The translations under genes were made by a program, and so were the position numbers. Shown here piece after piece: positions 41,200 through 45,761 of a stretch of 45,761 bases of DNA. Under the pieces are notes generated by a model. That model made no database searches. It worked only from the letters and a program-made list of their open reading frames with translations, and was not told the origin of the DNA. This DNA is from Minisyncoccota bacterium (GTDB lineage Bacteria > Patescibacteriota > Minisyncoccia > Phycocordibacterales > UBA918): the NCBI GenBank assembly GCA_035324355.1, contig DAOLBU010000001.1:18124-63884 (forward strand), given 5' to 3'. The stretch's first letter is position 1. Every line of letters starts with the position of its first letter.

Positions 41200-42714
41200 T
41201 TAAAGCGGAATGCGGTATTGCAATGCTTCAAGTAAATGGCTTTTGCTAATTTCTTCCTCCCCCGACAAATCAGCGATGGTGCGGGCAACTTTAATCAAAC
41301 GGTGATAACTTCGAGGTGAGAGGTTAAGCTTGGCGGCTGAAAGTTTTAATAATGAATTTACTTCGTCACTGAGTGTAATACAAAAATCGATGTCACGACT
41401 AGTCATCGAGGCGTTGGTGGTGATGCCTCGGTTTTTGAGCCTTTGACTTTGTCTCGCGCGAGCTTGTTTAATTTGGTTACGAGCTGCTTCTGTTTCTCCC
41501 TCAGGACGGCTGAGGTTGCTTAAAGTATCGTAATTGACGTGTGGCACTTCAATCCAAAGGTCAATTCGATCAAGTATCGGTCCGGAGATTTTTTCTTTGT
41601 AGGTTTCGCGCATAGCTCTGGCTAGGTTGTCGGTACCATCTTCGCGTCCGCGGTAAGGATTTAGGGCGGCGATTAAAATAAAGTCGGCTGGGAAAAGAGC
41701 CGTGCCGGAGACGCGAGAAATACTCACTACCCGATCTTCAAGTGGCTGTCGTAAAGCATCTAGACTACGACGGTCAAATTCGGGAAACTCATCCATAAAT
41801 AACACCCCTTTGTGGGCCAAGGTGACTTCACCGGGTTTTGGATTAGTACCTCCGCCCACGAGAGCAGTATGCGATGCTGTATGGTGCGGCGAGCGAAAGG
41901 GTGGTCTACTATCGATAGCGATATCCGGTTTAGCAAGTGAATGAATAGCCGTCACGGCTAAAACTTCTTCCCGGGTAAGTGGTGGTAATATTTCGGCAAA
42001 AGCTCTGGCTAACATTGTCTTCCCTGTTCCTGGTGGGCCAACTAAAATGACATTATGTCTCCCGGCGGCCGCAATTATCAGAGCGCGCTTTGCACTTTCT
42101 TGTCCTTTGATATCTTCCAGAGAAATTAAATTATCTGAAGTTATTTTTTCGGGGACTTCGGTCAGTGGCTGTACTTTGAGGGCTTGGTGTTCAGGATGTT
42201 TGGTTTCCAAATGTCGAATAACTTCTGTCAGAGTCCGTGCAGGAAAGATTTGAATTTGATCAATCAAGGCCGCTTCAGCCGCATTGGCAAAAGGGACAAT
42301 AATTTTCGTGTAGCCATTGGCTTTGGCAGCCATGACGATGTTTAGGACGCCGCGGATACCCCGAAGGCTACCGTCGAGACCTAGCTCACCAACATAAATA
42401 GTGTCAGTGGGAGGATTGATTTCTCCGGACGCACATAAATAAGCTAAGGCAATAGGTAGATCAAACAAAGGCCCGTCCTTTTTGAGATCAGCCGGTGAGA
42501 GTGAGATAGTAATTTTTTGATTTTTACTTTTTGGTGATTCAAAACCGGAGTATTTTATAGCTGCACCCACTCGATCTTTAGCCTCTTCGATAGCCTTTCC
42601 CGCCAGACCGACGATTGAGAAGGAGTGAAGGCCTCGAGAAATATCTGCTTCAATTCTAACTACCGTTCCCGACATTACTTGTGGCTGAACGGTGTAGACT
42701 AAAGCGAGAGACAT
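41200..42714 (-). CDS. comM: YifB/ComM-family Mg-chelatase-like AAA+ protein
   Basis: 504 aa with an N-terminal Lon-protease-like domain, Walker A VGPPGTGKTMLA, Walker B LFMDEFPEF and a C-terminal Mg-chelatase-like domain. Confidence 0.9.
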   Translation of the reverse strand: MSLALVYTVQPQVMSGTVVRIEADISRGLHSFSIVGLAGKAIEEAKDRVGAAIKYSGFESPKSKNQKITISLSPADLKKDGPLFDLPIALAYLCASGEINPPTDTIYVGELGLDGSLRGIRGVLNIVMAAKANGYTKIIVPFANAAEAALIDQIQIFPARTLTEVIRHLETKHPEHQALKVQPLTEVPEKITSDNLISLEDIKGQESAKRALIIAAAGRHNVILVGPPGTGKTMLARAFAEILPPLTREEVLAVTAIHSLAKPDIAIDSRPPFRSPHHTASHTALVGGGTNPKPGEVTLAHKGVLFMDEFPEFDRRSLDALRQPLEDRVVSISRVSGTALFPADFILIAALNPYRGREDGTDNLARAMRETYKEKISGPILDRIDLWIEVPHVNYDTLSNLSRPEGETEAARNQIKQARARQSQRLKNRGITTNASMTSRDIDFCITLSDEVNSLLKLSAAKLNLSPRSYHRLIKVARTIADLSGEEEISKSHLLEALQYRIPL

Positions 42715-42718
42715 GATT

Positions 42719-43096
42719 TTATATAGACAATTGACCTTCCTCTTCCATGTGGGCCATGCAGGTTCTGGCTTCTGGTATAAACTGCAGTCGTTTTTCTTCT
42801 ATTGCTTCACCCGAAATCTCACATACCCCATAGTTACCAGTATCAATTTTAGCTAGAGCTCTTTTAATATTCCGATAATCTTTTTCTAAATCTTGGAGAG
42901 TAGCTCGTCTTTCATTCCATTCTTCTACTATGTCTGCATTGGTGTTTAAGTCAGCATCTGTTTGATTTTCTACTTGCTCTGGAATCGCTTCCCAGTTGTC
43001 GGTTTGAGCATCATAAATTCCAATGGTTTCAAGCTCAGCCACTATGGTTTTTAAATTTGTTTCTAACTTCTGGCGGTAAAAATTTAAATCCAACAT
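42719..43096 (-). CDS. DksA/TraR-family protein with only two of the four zinc-finger cysteines
   Basis: 125 aa with a coiled-coil N-terminal part. The C-terminal GNYGVCEISGEAIEEKRLQFIPEARTC aligns with the CxxC...CxxC region. Confidence 0.55.
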   Translation of the reverse strand: MLDLNFYRQKLETNLKTIVAELETIGIYDAQTDNWEAIPEQVENQTDADLNTNADIVEEWNERRATLQDLEKDYRNIKRALAKIDTGNYGVCEISGEAIEEKRLQFIPEARTCMAHMEEEGQLSI

Positions 43097-43098
43097 AA

Positions 43099-44823
43099 TT
43101 ATTTAATTAAGATTGATAACTCTCGGTAGCTGCTACTAGTAGTGGTAATAATAACAGTGTTGTTGATTATGCCGTAGATTAAAAGTTCAGACCCAGAAGG
43201 TTGTTTGATTAAGCGAACATCCCTTCCGGCAAAAGTGGAATCTGAGAAATTAAGATTACTACTTTGAGGAATGGGGTCAAGGGTAAAGAGTCTGGCAAAG
43301 TCCGGATATAGATTTTCTTCCCATAAGAACAACCCGCCCTGGGCGACAATGATGCTTGGTACTTTCATTAAGATAAAAGGCTGTTGTTCAGAAGTGAAGC
43401 CGAAACGTAGTTCGGTAATTGATTGGGCTAGATTTTTTTCCACATCTAAATTCAACAGATTTAGAACTGACACTGGTCGCATGGGGTAATTTTCAGGAAA
43501 CGCTTCCATGAAAACCGCCTGAATGATTTCTCGTCTAGTAGGTTTAAGAGCATTTAAATTTGCGACCAAAGTAGATGCACTGTCATTGGAATTTACAATC
43601 AAATTTATATTAGTGTTGAGGAGAAGGCTTTCGGGGGTGGAGACTTCTTTTGTAGGAGTGACCCTTTCTTGATTTAAAGAAAGCTGGATTAACACGATAC
43701 CAACAACCACAATCAAAACAAAAGCAGAAATTAGCAGCGCCAAGGTATTGGTATTTAAGTGATGTAATTGACTCCAAAAAGATTGGTTGATAAAACGGCT
43801 CGGTTTTCTTTTGGGAGGAATCAATTGTGTCGCCGGCCCTGCTTCGGCAATGACTGAAGATTCTTGAGCAATTGCAACAGGTGGTGTTGAAATCACCTGA
43901 GTGGTAGTCTCTAAATCTTGAGCTGGCAGCGATACTTCTTTTACTTCAGGCATTACCCATTCTGACTGTGGAGCTTCAACCACAATTTCCTCTATCGGCT
44001 TAATATCAACTGCCTCCCACCTGGAGACAGACTCGACAGTTTGCGGAGTTTCTGGCTCGACCGGAGGAGATTCCTCTTCGGCTTCGTTTTCCCAAGTAGA
44101 AAAAGCTTCGTCGGTTTCTAGATCATCAGCCTCATCTTCATCCTCATCCTCAAGCGGCACTTCGTTGTAGTAACTTTTTCTTGGTTCAATTATTACATTA
44201 GTGACGGGTGAAGAGTTGGTTTCTTCGAGTAACAAAAATCCCGGTTCTGTATCAGGAGTCCAAATGGTATGACCGACAACTTCGGCTTCTTCCACCTCAT
44301 CGGTTCGCTGTTTAATTCTTTCTTGTAAATTACTAAAATCAGCCGTAGCGATTGTGCCTGTATGGGAAGTCGCTTTTTGAATAAGACCTTTACGCCGAGT
44401 TGTCTCCGGAATCGTATATTTCGGAACTGCTTTACGACTATGTGATTTTTTTTGATCGGAAAACCAATTGTTAAGGGAATTGAGTATGGCCGGAAACAGC
44501 TTAAAACGATCGCGCTTGGTGTCCGTAATAACGGTGGCTGAAGCAGCATCTTCGTTATCAATAATTATTTTAGTCCCAATATCATTAAGTTCCTTAGTAA
44601 CATCAATTAAAGCGTTTTCTCTTTTTGGAGTAATATTAGTCGGCGTAATTTTTTTAGGAGCCGTAGGTGCCACTTTATGAACCGAAACTTTAGGGGTAGC
44701 GGCGGGTTCATCAATAGCCACCACCTTAGGGGAAAGGTTTTTGGCATGACGAGTATCCTCAAGATCTTGTGCGTAAGTCCGCAGGGCTGGAATTTTACCA
44801 GGTACCTGATTCTGGTTAGCCAT
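43099..44823 (-). CDS. Large orphan bitopic membrane protein with an acidic tract
   Basis: 574 aa with a single central TM (LALLISAFVLIVVVGIVLIQL). The acidic run is LEDEDEDEADDLETDE. No recognisable domain. Confidence 0.5.
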   Translation of the reverse strand: MANQNQVPGKIPALRTYAQDLEDTRHAKNLSPKVVAIDEPAATPKVSVHKVAPTAPKKITPTNITPKRENALIDVTKELNDIGTKIIIDNEDAASATVITDTKRDRFKLFPAILNSLNNWFSDQKKSHSRKAVPKYTIPETTRRKGLIQKATSHTGTIATADFSNLQERIKQRTDEVEEAEVVGHTIWTPDTEPGFLLLEETNSSPVTNVIIEPRKSYYNEVPLEDEDEDEADDLETDEAFSTWENEAEEESPPVEPETPQTVESVSRWEAVDIKPIEEIVVEAPQSEWVMPEVKEVSLPAQDLETTTQVISTPPVAIAQESSVIAEAGPATQLIPPKRKPSRFINQSFWSQLHHLNTNTLALLISAFVLIVVVGIVLIQLSLNQERVTPTKEVSTPESLLLNTNINLIVNSNDSASTLVANLNALKPTRREIIQAVFMEAFPENYPMRPVSVLNLLNLDVEKNLAQSITELRFGFTSEQQPFILMKVPSIIVAQGGLFLWEENLYPDFARLFTLDPIPQSSNLNFSDSTFAGRDVRLIKQPSGSELLIYGIINNTVIITTTSSSYRELSILIK

Positions 44824-44876
44824 TACAAATAGTATCTCATGAATCAGGCTATTTGTGCGCTTTTGTCTGTGGCTTC

Positions 44877-45761
44877 TTAACTGGCTCTAAGTTGGCGCTT
44901 AGTGGCAAAGTCTGGATCAGCTTGTTTAATTGAGAGACCTATTTTACCTTCTTCAAGCTTACTAACAATTACCGGAACAGTTTCCCCGATTTTCAAAACT
45001 CCATCTAGGCTGTCCAAGCGGAATGGCGCAATCTCAGAAATATGAATTAAGCCTTCGTTATAGTTATCAATTTTGGCAAAAGCACCAAATGTAGCAATTT
45101 TGGTGATAGTAGCTTCAACTCGATCTCCGATACTGTAGCGCTTAGTTAAGTCCCGAATCCGTTTCGCTGCTATTTCAGCAGTTCCGTTTTTCCCAGTAAT
45201 ATAGACACTACCATCATCTTCAATACTGATTTCTTCTACTCCTGATTCGTCTTTAATACTTTTAATCGTCTTTCCCCCACCGCCAATCACTAAACCAATT
45301 TGTTCTGGCAAGATACTCAAGGTCACTATTTCTGGGGCACGTGGCGAAATCGTCTCCCGGGGTTTTAGAATTTCCTGATTCATTACTGCTAATATTTGCA
45401 GACGAGCCACTTTGGCTTTTTCTAATGCAGCCGACAAGACTTCGAGACTAATACCACTTACCTTGACGTCCATTTGTATAGCGGTAACCCCTACTTCGGT
45501 ACCAGCTACTTTGAAGTCCATATCGCCAAACTCATCTTCTGGTCCTTGAATGTCCGTGAGGAGAGTGTACTCATCGCCCATGATCATGACACCAGAGGCA
45601 ATTCCGGCGACTGCTCTTTTGATGGGTACTCCTCCATCCATTAAAGCTAATGATGAAGCACAAACTGAGCCCATTGAACTTGAACCGTTACTCGACATAG
45701 TTTCAGAAACCAAACGGATGGTGTAAGGGAATTCGCTATTCTCGGGAATCACAGGCAGGAG
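44877..45761 (-). CDS. pnp: Polynucleotide phosphorylase, C-terminal part (second RNase PH domain, KH, S1); 5' end lies outside the window
   Basis: Contains SNGSSSMGSVCASSLALMDGGVPIK, a KH motif (IGLVIGGGGKTIKSI) and an S1 domain (GDRVEATITKIATFGAFAKI). The frame is open to the window edge. Confidence 0.93.
   Translation of the reverse strand, partial: LLPVIPENSEFPYTIRLVSETMSSNGSSSMGSVCASSLALMDGGVPIKRAVAGIASGVMIMGDEYTLLTDIQGPEDEFGDMDFKVAGTEVGVTAIQMDVKVSGISLEVLSAALEKAKVARLQILAVMNQEILKPRETISPRAPEIVTLSILPEQIGLVIGGGGKTIKSIKDESGVEEISIEDDGSVYITGKNGTAEIAAKRIRDLTKRYSIGDRVEATITKIATFGAFAKIDNYNEGLIHISEIAPFRLDSLDGVLKIGETVPVIVSKLEEGKIGLSIKQADPDFATKRQLRAS

Overview
This is a 45.8-kb chromosomal window from a small-genome bacterium. 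It is probably a monoderm, CPR/Patescibacteria-like organism, inferred from compact housekeeping proteins, gene content and a Gram-positive-style T4SS module. The standard genetic code applies, with UGA used as a stop (for example at ruvC). All calls come from motif recognition in the supplied translations and from reading the DNA; no homology search was run. The left half holds the replication-origin neighbourhood and core genes. These are tRNA-Lys, polA-holA-tsaE, an orphan pilB, hicBA, ruvB-yebC-ruvC, tyrS, a class A PBP, a DUF721-like gene, dnaN, dnaA, and divergent rpmH-rnpA-yidC. Consensus DnaA boxes lie between dnaA and rpmH. The centre (20.5-32.7 kb) is a 12-gene, single-strand, tightly packed type IV secretion-like locus. 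It contains a VirB4 ATPase, a PrgI/VirB3-like protein, a VirB6/TrbL-like protein and a VirB2-type pilin core fused to Cys-rich extracellular domains. It also contains eight secreted or membrane ORFs with no family I can name. I see no relaxase, coupling protein, VirB11 or integrase in the window. This locus is the most interesting system here. The right part carries rsmA, a RelE/RHH toxin-antitoxin pair, pcrA, a LysM-M23 peptidase with an unresolved start, and a GFA-family gene. It continues with a membrane-anchored Clp/Hsp100-like ATPase whose first nucleotide-binding domain is degenerate, then comM, a DksA-like gene, a large orphan membrane protein and the 3' part of pnp. Other oddities are a CooC/ParA-like ATPase paired with a CysK-fold-rhodanese fusion, a 139-nt element closed by a long inverted repeat, a duplicated tRNA 5' fragment, and an in-frame TAG between the VirB6-like ORF and the next ORF.
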